Shown here: one piece after another, positions 13,364-25,960 of the stretch | Layout: each line of letters starts with the position of its first letter | Position numbering within the stretch: position 1 is the stretch's first letter | From: Eledone cirrhosa | Lineage: Eukaryota | NCBI GenBank assembly: GCA_964016885.1 | Contig: OZ024743.1 | Coordinates: 160,952,001 to 161,016,000, forward strand | Reading direction: 5' to 3' | DNA length: 64,000 nt | Notes under the pieces: model-generated | Databases searched by the model: none | Told to the model about the DNA's origin: nothing | The model's input: the letters and a program-made list of their open reading frames with translations, nothing else | Translations under genes and position numbers: made by a program

Positions 13364-13452
13364 AGCGTAGTGTTTAACGCACTCGCTTAGCAGCCAAGAG
13401 ATATGTCGTTCGACCCCTCGGAGTCGCCTCGGTCAACTTTTTTCCATCCCTA
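13364..13452 (+). mobile_element. Decayed tRNA-derived SINE head
   Basis: A-box-like TAGCGTAGTG, B-box-like GTTCGACCC, then CTCGGTCAACTTT..TTCCATCC. Confidence 0.45.
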
Positions 13453-13604
13453 GTTGTACTTTTTCCGATTTTCTGAATAATTATCTATAGTGATTGGCTG
13501 TCATTATGGAGGACCATATTTCAAATTTCATATGTATATATGTATATATATGTATGTGTCTGTGTGTGTGTGCGTGTGCGTTTGTGTGTGTGCCTGTGAG
13601 TGCA

Positions 13605-13635
<31 letters not shown>

Positions 13636-14817
13636 TTGGTATATAGGTACAATTACCATAATAAAAGATTATTGTATTATTTCGCTTGATACTCTAATGA
13701 TCCATGACCTTCAACAAAGTGTTTCGAACAAATGAATATCAATTTAGACTCGGCTTCTCAACACTAAGAAAATAAATCGCTTTTCAAGATCTAAATATCT
13801 AGGCCTAGGAATGGATTTATGATAAATCCTTTTGGGTGATTCATGTAATATTTCCTTTCTTGTTGCGTCTTTATAATTTACCATCATTTCTGCGTTCTAT
13901 CTTTGTTACTATAGATAAGAAACCTATTCAACAGATTCGATTATTGATATTATTTTCTCAAGCGTAACTTACAATAGTTCTCATCTCTGAAGTTGGACAA
14001 GATTTACATCTTACATCCAGCTATATTTATCTGCACGATATTACACAGGGAAAGATACTAAATATATCTTCAAAAGACAGAGATTTCTTTATAGAAATAA
14101 ATAAACTCCATCCAAGTTCTAATGTAGTGGACTCTACAGCTTGAACATAACTGCATCTATATGCGTGGCCACAAGAAAATTGCGCTGTCAGATATAAAAA
14201 GTTTATTGATATTCGTAGCTATATCTATCTATTCAGGTAGGATGATTTACATTCTAGATCAATAAACAGAAGCATTGATTTGATATTGAGCTGTGGGGAT
14301 GTCAACATATATTTATTACAGATGCAATCCTAAACATCTGTCCTCTCCTCGTGTTTGTACTCCCACCACACTTTATTAGATTTTAACATGTTTGTTTATT
14401 TGGTTTGTTTCATTTCGTTTTGCTTCATTATTTGCAGACTTGTATTTGCCTTGAGGTCATAAAGGCGTACGTTATAAAATGGGAATTTCACATCATAATC
14501 CGGTTTCTAGTTCAATCAATGGTATACAACAAACAGCTATTGTTTTGCCTTTTTACATAACAATCTCTACATTATATATGTCTGCATTTAGTGACCCAGT
14601 TAGAATCATGGTTATACACATTTCTCATTATTTGCATCGACTTCTAAAAGACACGTACATCACACCATTTCAAACCAGTTCCCACAATATTTCATCATTG
14701 CGTAGAATTAATGCATGAAATTAATATCGTAATAGATATTATTCTCTATTTATCATTTTCAGTATATTTACAGATGTATATCTCTACATATGTCAAATCA
14801 ATCAATGTACGTGTGCG

Positions 14818-14851
<34 letters not shown>

Positions 14852-15123
14852 GAGAGAGAGAGTGAAGAAGGGGAAAAGATTGCCTATTTACATGTATTTA
14901 ATTTTTCTAACCATTCCTCTAAATAACGGATTGTTTTAACCAAGAAACAAATCGCCACTATTATAAGTTATATGACAGCAGAATATGGTTATTGGTTATA
15001 TATTAAATACATTCAGGGTTACATAATTTTCCTGCTCCGCTCAAGAATACAAATTAGATAGGGCTTTTCCATGCTGCTAAATGAACTTATTAACATAGTC
15101 AAATGCGCCAACGATTAGTGATA

Positions 15124-15249
<126 letters not shown>

Positions 15250-15282
15250 CATATATATATATACATGTATATATATATATAT

Positions 15283-15668
15283 ATATTATCAAGAAAACGA
15301 AAATTCAGTGATGCATCTGGACTTAGTTTATTTCGTGTTACAAATGTTTCGCCGGCATGTAGCTCGAGTCATGGTCCTTGTATGGATCTGGCTGATTCTA
15401 CTTCTGCGGGTTCTTTCAGACACGGCTGTTATTTGCTCCGGACATAACAGCCGTGTCTGAAAGAACCCGCAGAAGTAGAATCACCCAGATCCATACAAGG
15501 ACCATGACTCGAGCTACATGCCGGCGAAACATTTGTAACACGAAATAAACTAACTCCAGATGCATCACTGATTTTTCGTTTTCTTCATAATATCTACACT
15601 CTGATGAATATCGAGTGCTAATTTTGGCATACCGCCTACGGAAGCAACATAGCTACCACTATACACTA
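15283..15668 (+). mobile_element. Fold-back PLE pseudo-LTR element (family B)
   Basis: About 150-bp inverted arms 15283-15432/15444-15593, 11-nt loop and ~75-nt one-sided tail, flanked by (TA)n. Confidence 0.8.
15452..15542 (+). ncRNA. Hammerhead ribozyme-like motif with extended stem II (mirror copy on the minus strand in the left arm)
   Basis: Stem I CGTGT/ACACG, variant core CTGAAAGA, stem II pairing GCA..GTAG/CTAC.TGC, GAAA, stem III ACA-TT-TGT, triplet GUA. Confidence 0.6.
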
Positions 15669-15734
15669 ATATATATATATATATATTGTAGTATTTGGGG
15701 AGGGTCGTATTGTTATAATATGCCCAGAAATAAT

Positions 15735-15924
15735 AATTGTTTCTACGTTAGGCACAAGGCCAGCAATACACCAATGTATTACTGGTACTTTATTTTATCG
15801 AGCCCGTAAGGATGAAAGGCAAAGTTAACCTCGGCGGGATTTGAACTCAAAATGGCAAGGGCCGTAACTCTATGCGTCAAAGGATGGCGTCCAACCCTCT
15901 ATCAATACTGCCAATCCACCGCCC
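15735..15924 (-). mobile_element. tRNA-derived SINE (main family), full length
   Basis: Reverse complement of 34688-34875; B-box GAGTTCAAATCC; (ATT) tail. Confidence 0.85.
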
Positions 15925-16149
15925 AATCATGGCCAGAAATAATAATAAAACACACTCACTGTTTGATTTGGGTTGGTTTTCGTTTCTGGATATTTTATAT
16001 CCCTATAGTGAATTTAGCTGGCAATCAATGTTTATCATTGATTGACCAACACACCATTTCACATATATATATGTGTGTGCGTGTGTGTATGTGTGTTTGT
16101 GTGTGTGTACGCGTGTGTGTGTGTGTGTGATGGCTGCAAACTCTGCTAA

Positions 16150-16390
16150 GAGTACTGCAATCGTTTGTCAGATTATAGAATTTGGTGCACTTTTAGGCCA
16201 TTACACATACTTGTAACATATCCTGAACAAGCAATGCCTACGCTTTGGAGATTTTTTAAGTGAGGAAAGGCCTTGCACTCGACCAATCCCACTCTCTGAG
16301 CATCGAAAACAATACCCGAAAAGCAGAACTGGTCAACATCACCGGATGTTTCCGAAGCCGCAGGTTTGTTTTTTCACAGTTTCCCTCTCC
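16150..16390 (-). mobile_element. Fragment of an RTE 5' UTR
   Basis: 16260-16390 closely resembles the reverse complement of 26212-26342 in the leader of the RTE at 25961. Confidence 0.7.
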
Positions 16391-16479
16391 TACATACATA
16401 CATACATACATACATACATACATACATACATACATACATACATACATACATACATACATACATACATACATACATACAT
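16391..16479. repeat. (TACA)n tract at the 3' end of the RTE element
   Basis: Directly visible. Confidence 0.95.
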
Positions 16480-19400
16480 GGTGGTGACTGCCAACTGGTT
16501 TTCGAGTACGGCCACTACTTTATATTCATGTAGGAGAACCCCTACCGATGCGCTGAACGAGTGTGGCTTTTTAGTCCAGCCAGCGACTTGAAAATCTTGT
16601 ACAAACACTACACTTGTGACAATTATTGAGACCTAGTGCTGGGCCCATGGTACCATGTGACCCAAGGTGTCGTGTGAGATCACTACTCGACCTGCATACC
16701 CTTCCACAAACATTACATGTCGTCGTCTGATGAACACTTATAGCTCCACAGGTGCCTGCTTCCCTGTTCTTGTGCACTCTCAGGTGACTCTTTAGACCTG
16801 TCATGCTCACACGAACCCTATTACAGGTCTCATATGTCAGGTTAGGCCGTCTGTCAGTGCCTTGAGTAAGCCCAACATGGATTCCTTTCCGGACATCTCC
16901 TTTTAGTGTCGCGTACCTTCTTGTTTCCTCAAATAGACTCTTGCCACTAGCCACTGCTTTCCTCCAATGCGATCGGTCGCTAGCGCATGCTTCCCAGTGC
17001 TCACAAGGGATGTTACTTTTACTTGAGCGCCTCCTTGATGCAGTCCTTAAAACGCATCTTGGGTTTGATCGCGTTCCTTTTTCCAATTTGGAGCTCGCCA
17101 TAAAGCAGCTGCTTCGGCATTCGCTTGTCATGCAGCCTTACAAGATGGCCTGTTTCAAAATCAAGGACTCGACACTATCACAGCCACTTCTGTCCAGAAC
17201 CTCGACTTCACTGACAAGTATTTGCCAAGTTATACCAAGGATCAGACGTAAGCAGTACTGGTGGAACCTCTCAAGTCACTTCATCTGTCTACGGTAGACC
17301 TCCCACGTCTCACAAGCATAAAGAAGTGCCACGATACACTTTGAGCTTTGTCTTTAACGAAATTTCGTGTTGAAACCAGGGACGCTTGTTCAGTTTTCCC
17401 AAAGCATCACTGGCTTTCTGTACCCTGTTTGAGATTTCCCGATCAAGATCGCAGGACATACTCAGAGTGCTTCCAAGATATACAAAACTGCCAACGACCC
17501 TTAGCCTTTAACCATAAACCAAGATGTTGGGCTCACAACATGGCTTCTCGGGGGCTGGTTGGTACATGGCTACTGTCTTTTTCAAGCTTATGGTAAGTCC
17601 CAATGCAGTACACGCATTAGAAAATGCTTCCATGAGATGCTGCATATCAACCTCCGTCTGCGCTATCAGGCCACAGTCATCTGCATAAAGCAAATCCCTG
17701 ATTAGTGACAAGTGAACCTTTGACTTAGCATTGAACCTCCTGATATTAAACAGCTTTCCAGTTGATCGATAGCGAACATATATACCATGATTGCAGTTCC
17801 CGAAGGCCTGTTCGAAGACAATGGAGAAGTACAAAGCAAAGAGCGTTGGAGCTGGAATGTCACCCTGTTTGACTCCATTCTCGACCGTCACCGGCTCAAA
17901 GAGCTTTCCACCAACATTTACCCATGCTTTCATGCCATCATGAAACAAACGCAAAATGGAAACAAACTTGTCAGGGCACCCCAGCTTCCTCAAGATATCC
18001 CATAAAGCCTTTCTGTTGACCGTGTCAAACGCCTTTGTCAGATCAACAAACACCTGGTAGAGATTCACATTCTGCTCAACACACTTTTCCTGCAGTTGTC
18101 TGGCTGTAAAGATTATGTCCACAGTGCCACGCCCAGCCCGAAAGCCCGATTGCGACTCTGGTAGAGCTTCATCAGCAATGTGGAGCAACAAACGGTCCAA
18201 CAGAATTCTACAGAGAACTTTGCCGACAACAGACAACAGTGATATCCCACGATAGTTTCCGCAGTCATCCCTGTCTCACTTTCTCTTGTACAAAACAACC
18301 ATCACAGCATCCTTCCAGTCATCGGGAACATGATTGTTGTTCCAGGCATCCAGAACCAAAGAATGAAGTCGGTGCAAGAGATTCTCTCCACCGTGCTTCA
18401 AGATCTCAGCGTACAGCCCATCCAATCCAGGCGACTTCCCACCATTGAGTTTCCTGACAGCACTTTTAACTTCCTCGATCGTTGGAGGCTCAGCAAGGAT
18501 TTCCTTTACTGGCTTATCGAGTATGGACCTGATAAACTCTTCGTCAACCTCTGAATCCCTATTGAGAAGCTCGTCAAAGTGTTCCCGCTATCTCAACAGG
18601 ATATCATTGGGATCTCTAAAGAGCTGATTGCCATCCTTTGTCCTAAGAGGCGCAACTGGTGATGTAGGTGGCCCATACACTTCACGAAGAAGATTATACA
18701 TTGCCTTAACGTCCTTCACATCCGACGCAAGTTGTATTTAATCGGCTTTGTCATTCCACCACTTATTCTTCATTTCACGCAATTTTCGTTGCACATCAGC
18801 TTTTACGAGCTTCAGCTTATCAGCGATTGCCTTCTGCCGATCGGTACTTAAATCACTACCAAGCAATGCGGAGTGGAATATATGTTTCTCCTCCAAAAGC
18901 TTGTCAATAAGCTTGTCATTTTGGTCAAACCAATCCTGATGCTTCTTATCCGTGAATCCAACAACAACAGCGCATGCCCCCATAAATTGCCTCCTTAAAG
19001 GAAGTCCAGTCATTTCCGCACTCCAACGCATCCATCTTTTTAACCAGATTTTCTCTGACTTCAGGATCCTTCAGACGGGCCACGTTCAGCCGTTTCGGAA
19101 ATGATTCCCCTCTCCGTTTCTCCTATTGCTCTCACCAGACGATGGTCGGTCCAACACTCTGCCTACGCATCACACGAACACTGCACAGATCCTGTACATC
19201 CCGCCGCCTCACAAGGACATAATCAATCAGGTGCCACTGTTTCGATCCTGGATGCATCCATGTCGTCTTGTATTTGTCCTTCTGTTGGAACATAGTGCTG
19301 CCAATGAACAAGTCCAGCTCAGTACAAATTTGCAATAACAAGAGTACATTGCCATTGCACTTTTTCCGACCCCATGCTTGCCCAGAGCTCTCCAGGTCTC

Positions 19401-20110
19401 ACAATCACGGCCCACGCGAGCATTAAAATCTCCAAGAATGAAAATGTTGTCTGCTGCAGTCACTTTCCAGACAAGAGATTTTAATTCGTCATAAAAAGCC
19501 TGCTTTGCTTCATCAATGCATTCCATAGATGGTGCATAAGCACCAATCATGGTTGCATATCTTCCACCCTCTAGAGGAACTCTCACAGTGGTCAGTCTGT
19601 CACTAATGCCTGTCGGTAGCTCTTGGAGATGGTCTGTTATAACTGTTTTTATGGCAAAAGCGACACCAGCTTCCCTCCTTCCCTCCTTCCTTCCCCTCCA
19701 GAAAAACGTATATCCACCGGATTTCTCTGTGAAATGGCCCTCACCATGACGTCGAGTTTCTGAGAGGGCCACAACATCCATACATAACACCTGAGCTCCT
19801 TGGCAACCAATGCCGATCTTCTTTCAGGTTGCTGTACATTTGTTTCAATATCAAGCAAAGTACGCACATTCCAGCACCCAAAATTGAGTGGTTTGCACAC
19901 AGCAGACAGATGACGACAAGGCCCATCCTGCGGCGCCCTAGGGTACCTGCCGGGTCAGACCCTTTCACATGATGTTAGGTCACCAGTTGGTGCTACTGGT
20001 AACATGCATCCCAGTACAACCTGTACCATAGTCGGGTCGTTGGTGACTAAACTGGCAACCCCACCAAGGTTTCTTGGTGAGGGGGGTGACTTTGGAATCG
20101 TGCAGGACTA
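16480..20110 (-). mobile_element. RTE-clade LINE, near full length, decayed (APE endonuclease, RT, C2H2 fingers)
   Basis: CWNVRTLLD, VVALSETR, LGDFNARVG, WMHPGSKQWHLIDY, PESQSGFR, FVDLTKAFD, GVKQG, LLYADD, with frameshifts; the first ~130 bp are inverted. Confidence 0.93.
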
Positions 20111-20120
20111 AAAACATACA

Positions 20121-20427
20121 TACAAGTACAATCCAGTAATGGGACAGTAAAAATATGTAAAACATTCCAAAAGTTCTGCATGTAATAACTACATATACAC
20201 ATATACATATACAAAACATATGCACATGACACATATCTCAAAACATTCACATCCATACACCCAATAACATCCTTGCACACACGCAAGCCTGCAGCCATGC
20301 TTGGATATCTCCTTAGTTAATGTTATTTAAATTCCACTGAAAGAGTCTTGTGTCTATATTAGAAATTGACTGTCTCTCTATTGGTAAAATTTTATAAAAT
20401 TATGAAATCAGAAGAACATACATACAT
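20121..20427 (+). mobile_element. 5'-truncated 3' end of R4-like RLE family 2 (CATA tail)
   Basis: Encodes QVQSSNGTVKICKTFQKFC; the 3' UTR matches 22120-22430 and 22995-23310; ends GAAGAACATACATACAT. Confidence 0.85.
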
Positions 20428-20769
20428 CAACGCAACCAGTGGCGTGGGCGACTATTCATTAGATGTAAGATAAATACTATCTCCGACAGTAATGCCACAA
20501 ATATCAACCGTGTTGAATAACCGGATAATAGTTTAACTATACCCACTAAATACACCTTTTATTCGAATTCGCAGAGATATCTAACTAAATACTAAATTCA
20601 TTTTACAGGGATTTGCTACAAACAGAATGAATTAATACAACATGAACACTAAAATCACTTCACAGTCAAACTTCACGTCAAAAATCAACGTTTATTGAAT
20701 GTAAAAATAACATGAAAATTATTCATTGTAAGTCCCCCAGATCGAACATGCAATCCATAACGCGTGATA

Positions 20770-21055
20770 TTGGCCGCTATGCTACTAGACTTTCTAGCAG
20801 CCAGGCTGAACATCCCAGGTTCTTCTGCACTTCGGGCTGAGGAGGGCACACTCTCCAAGTATCGGTCACTCTCCAACAGGTTTGCGGTCGTACCCCTAGC
20901 AGTGGAGACTTCTGGTGGCCTTGGCTACTCCCTAATTACCACCATAGGCGTTGAGCTGGCTAGCCGCAAGTGAAGCCACGTGAGATGGAAGGGGACTCTT
21001 CCAACGCATCTCCCTTACCCTCCTCCCGGGAAACGCCTTCTCCATTCTGTCCGCC
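20770..21055 (+). pseudogene. CRE-like non-LTR element C-terminal restriction-like endonuclease fragment
   Basis: SKY...FAVVPLAVETSGGLG...LFQRISLTL..GNA resembles the CRE-type RLE motifs F.P.AVET.G and FQRLS.A.QRGNA. Confidence 0.65.
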
Positions 21056-21289
21056 GGGGCCGTGGGGCGGCCAGCACATGGGACCCCTTTAGCTCACCAT
21101 ACAGAGAGATAGGGAGGGCGAGAGAGATTGAGGCGATGACAGTGGTAGTTCGTCTCCTCCATGTTCGGACCTGGTGTGCAGCGTTAGTTATCCATAGGGA
21201 GGTAGTGGTTTGTAGTTAGCGAAGGTTTTTAGAACCTTGTGTTTGCGATTCCTGTATGTATTATAATATGTTTGAGTTCAACGTAATCC

Positions 21290-22430
21290 TGTTACATAAT
21301 TCATCAGGAAAAACACTTGCATTTTTTTAAATGAAGAACTTCTTACACTGTCAAAAAACAAACAAAAAAGAACTGCTGTTGTTAATCTTGAGTGAGAGTA
21401 ATATAGATAAGCAAATCTATCTTGGACTAACAACCGCTATATTGGCTCCCACTTTGAAGAATATGTTTTTGCAATCCAAGAACAGAAAATCAACACAAAA
21501 TACCTGCTTCACGAAAAAGATAGGGATGCAGGCAAAACACCTAGATGTGACAACAAGTGCAGACTCTGCATAATTAACATCGAAGATGTCAGCCATGTCA
21601 TAAGCAGCTGTCTAAATATGTCATCACAGTACTATTTACCTATGAGGCGTGGTGTAGTGGCCAAACCTCTATATAGTGCAATCCGTAGAAAGAATAGCTC
21701 CGACAATAAACATATAAAACGCTACAGCAATATGGAAGACATACATATATGAAAGAGTAATGGTGGAATGTTCCATTCAAAGCCCAAATTAATTACAAGC
21801 ATAACAGACCAGATATAATGATATGAGACTGGGAAAAGAAGACATGCACAGTAGTGGAAGTTAGCTGCCCAGCAGATGGCAATATAATTGTTTCTACTTT
21901 AGGCACAAGGCCAGCAATTACCCAGTGCATTATAATATCAAAGATTAATGAAAAGGAGAATATCTATGCAGAACTAATGCGTAATCTGCTGACTATACCT
22001 TCAGAATTTTACCTGTGATTATTGGGGCACTGGGATTTCTTAGTAACTGCCTCAATACAAATCTTGAGAAGCTGGGCTTCACAGAACCAGACGTAACACG
22101 ACTAGTTAGGAAATTACAAGTACAATCCATTAATGGAACAGTAAAAATATGTAAATCATTCCAAAAAATTTGCATCTAATAACTGCATATACACATGTAC
22201 AGATACAAAGGATATACACATACACACATACAACTCAAAACATACATCCACACATACAATAACATCCATATTTACACATGCAGACATGCATGCATAATCT
22301 ACCTAGTTGATGTTGTGTAAATTCCAATGAGAGAGTCTTGTGTCTATGTTAGAAACCTGCTCTCTCTATTGGTAAAATTTATAAAATTATGAAACGAGAA
22401 GAACATACATACATACATGCATACATACAT
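21290..22430 (+). mobile_element. 5'-truncated R4-like RLE LINE (family 2), decayed, interrupted by a SINE tail at ~21887-21930
   Basis: CRLC...EDVSHVISSC zinc knuckle, HNRPDI, VVEVSCPAD, PVIIGALG; CATA tail. Confidence 0.85.
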
Positions 22431-22439
22431 AATTACATA

Positions 22440-23314
22440 ATTACGATATCTGATGAGGACTGCTACAGATACCTGGGGATAAATGAGAACATATCCTATA
22501 ATGGTATCTATAAGGAACGCGTAAGATGTCATCACAGTACTATTTATCTATGAGGCATGATGTAGTGGCCAAAACACTATACATTGCAATCCATAGAAAA
22601 GATAGCCCCGATAATAAACACATTAAAAGCTACAGCAATTTGGAAGATATACATATACATAATATGAAAGAGTACTGGTGGAATGTTCCACTAAAATCCC
22701 TAATAAAATGCAGGCATAACAGACCAGATATAATGATATGGGACAGGGAAAAGAAGGCATACACAGTAGTGGAAGTTAGCTGCCCAGCAATATAATATAA
22801 TATCAAAGATTAGCGAAAAGGAGAATATTTATGCAGAACTAATGAGAAATCTGCAGATACTCCACCCTGACTATACCTTCAGATTTATGCCTGTGATTAT
22901 TGGGGCACTGGGGTATGTTAGTAACTATCTCAATACAAATCTTGAGAAGCTAGGCTTCACAGAAACAGAAAGAACACGACTAGTTAGGACATTACAAGTA
23001 CAATCCATTAATGGAACAGTAAAAATATGTAAAACATTCCAACAATTCTGCATCTAATAACTGCATATACACATGTACAGATACAAAGCATATGCAAATT
23101 GCACACATTCAACTCAAAACATCCACATCCGCACATATAATAACATCCATACCTGCACACACACATGCATGAAGACATGCATACATATCTACCTAGTTGA
23201 TGTTGTTTAAATTCTAATGAGAGAGTATTGTGTCTATGTTAGAAACCTGCTCTCTCTCTCTGTTGGCAAAACAATTTGTGAAATTATAAAACCAGAAGAA
23301 TATACATACATACA
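22440..23314 (+). mobile_element. 5'-truncated R4-like RLE LINE (family 2), tandem copy
   Basis: RHDVVAK, HNRPDIMIWD, VVEVSCPA, MPVIIGALG; 3' UTR as in the neighbours; CATA tail. Confidence 0.88.
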
Positions 23315-25285
23315 CTGGGTGCCTTAATCTGTTCTTACTGGATCATTGTGCCACCTGTATAGATCACCCCACTAACAAATAAAATGATATAAGGAAAAAC
23401 AACAGAGAATAGCAGTAACATGACCGTGGTGTGGCTGGACTACAAGAAGGCTTTTGATGTGTACCTCATGGTAGATTATTAAGGCTTTACAGTAAGCCAA
23501 AGTCCCACAACCACTAGTAGCTGCTTTTTAACGCCTGACCAAGACTTTGTACACCAATTTGATCGTTAGGGGTGAGAAGGAGCAAATTGAGACAGATACT
23601 GAGGCATCTTTTAGGGTGATATCTTATCAGTGCTGCTCTTTGTCCTCTCAGTAAACTCACTATCATACCTACTCACAAAACAAAGTATTTATAGAAATGG
23701 GTCCAGAAATATCTCCCATCTTTTCTTTGTTGATGACCTGAACTTTTATAGACCAAATACCAACTATATCAAAAAAAAAGTGTACCTCATTACACAATTT
23801 TCTGCAGACATCAGAATTAAATTTGGTGAGTCTAAATGTGCATAGTTGACAGTAAAACGTGGAAGAGGTGTGCACTCCTCCAGAAATCTAGAGATGAACG
23901 GCTTGAGATTACAACATCTACAGTCAGGTGACAACTACAGATATCTTGGACAGGATGAGAATGTCAGATATGGAGGACCCATATATAAGGAGAAAACCAG
24001 AACTGCATATCTCAGGAGAGTAAGAAAATATGGTCATCAGAACTCTCAGCGTACAACAAATACATTGTCTATAATACTTATGCTGTGCCAATCCTAACTA
24101 ACATTTGACCTGCTGAACTGGTCATTGCAAGAACTAAGTGAGATGGATGTAAGAACTTGTAAGCTTCTCAGTGTTACTGGAAACTTTAACATCAATGGTG
24201 ATGTAGATAGACTTTACATCTCACGCAAGGAACGTGGCCGGAGTCTAAAATATATATTAACATCACATGAGACACAGTTAGTACAGTTAGTAACACTGAA
24301 GCAACATCTTCAACAGAAGAAAAAAGTCAGCAACCATCTTGCCCAGGTATAGGAGCATGAAAGAAATAATATTAGAATAGCCAATGATCTGGAGGAAAGA
24401 TATAGAATAAGGCCCGATTTAAATCTCTCTCCCAGAGAAATTGGAAGATCCTATTCAATGTTCGAACAAAATTTAAAAAATGGACCAATTTACAGAGAAA
24501 ATTGTGCATGGGTACCTGAGTCGAAAAACACAGACCATAGAAGGGATAACAAGTTTATGAGTTCCGACAAGTTTATGACATCCAACCTTGAAGGATATCT
24601 CTATGCATTACATTTTATGCAACATTCTAACGATTTTGCCAATTCGTCGCCCACTGAATTGATTAATGTAGAAAAAGCTCTACATACCAACATAACAATT
24701 TACAAAAGTATGTCCGCGAAATCTTAAGAAAGATATCACTAATGACAGAAAGAGTAAAAACTCTCTTGGATTCTTGACAGTTGTATTACGTCACATTTTG
24801 AAGCAAACGATATATATATGAAATATTCGATGAACTAAAGAAATAGTGAAACCTTTAAAACAGGAAGTTCCAATCTAAAATTTCGACTATATCACATTTT
24901 ATTTGTGGAAGACCTTACATAGGTGATCAGCAGCTGTCTAACATTGACTACCTATACGGCATGAAATTGTTGCTGAGGCAACATGCAATGCCATTACGCC
25001 GGGAGAACCACCATTGGATAAATATGAGTTAAATATTTGAATTTATGTATATTTATACATTCCAATACAACGACTATTGGTGAAATAATCATATCGAAGA
25101 TTCATTAACAGACCACATATAATATTTCCAACAAAACATCCATACACAGACCTTATATAATTATTTGAGAGAGAATACAAAATAACGTACAGTTGTGGAG
25201 ATCAATTGTCCAGTGGATGTGAATAATTCACAAGAAAAGAAACATTTATAATGAATTACTTCGAAATCTATAATTCCTCTACATA
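23315..25285 (+). mobile_element. Decayed R4-like LINE (RT to RLE)
   Basis: WLDYKKAFD, ISHLFFVDDL, FGESKCA, YRYLG, DVDRLYISRK, later NRPHII and VVEINCPVDVN. Confidence 0.8.
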
Positions 25286-25287
25286 GA

Positions 25288-25886
25288 ATATGTATGTTCT
25301 TCTGGTTTTATAATTTCACAAATGTTTGCCAATAGAGAGAGAGTCGGTTTCTAATATAGATACAAGACTCTCTCTCATTGGAATTTATACAACAACAACT
25401 AAGTAGGTATGTATGCCTGTCTGCATGCATGTGTGTGTGTGTGTGTGCAGGTATGGATGTTATTGTATGTGTGGATGTGGATGTTTTGAGTTGTATGTAT
25501 GCTTTGTATCTGTACATGTGTATGTGCAGTTATTAGATGCAGAATTTTTGGAATGTTTCACGTATTTTTACTGTTCCATTAATGGATTGTACTTTTAATT
25601 TCCAAACTAGTTGTGTTCTTTCTGTTCCTGTGAAGCCCAGCTTCTCAAGATTTGTGTTGAGGCAGTTACTAACATATCGCAGTGCCCCAATAATCACAGG
25701 CATAAATCTGGAGGTATAGTCAGGGTGGAGTATCTGCAGATTTCTCATTAGTTCTGCATACATATTCTCCTTTTTGCTAATCTTTGATATTATATTGGCA
25801 TCTGCTGGGCAGCTAATTTACACTACTGTGCATGCTTTCTTTTCCCTGCCCCATATCATTATATCTGGTCTGTTATGCCTGCACAT
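25288..25886 (-). mobile_element. 5'-truncated R4-like RLE LINE (family 2), reverse orientation
   Basis: Reverse complement of ~22705-23310 (YAELMRNLQILHPDY...FQKFCI). Confidence 0.88.
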
Positions 25887-25960
25887 TTATCCCCTCTATG
25901 CATGTAATGTATATACGTATGTTCGTATGTATGTATGTATGTATGTATGTATGTATGTGT

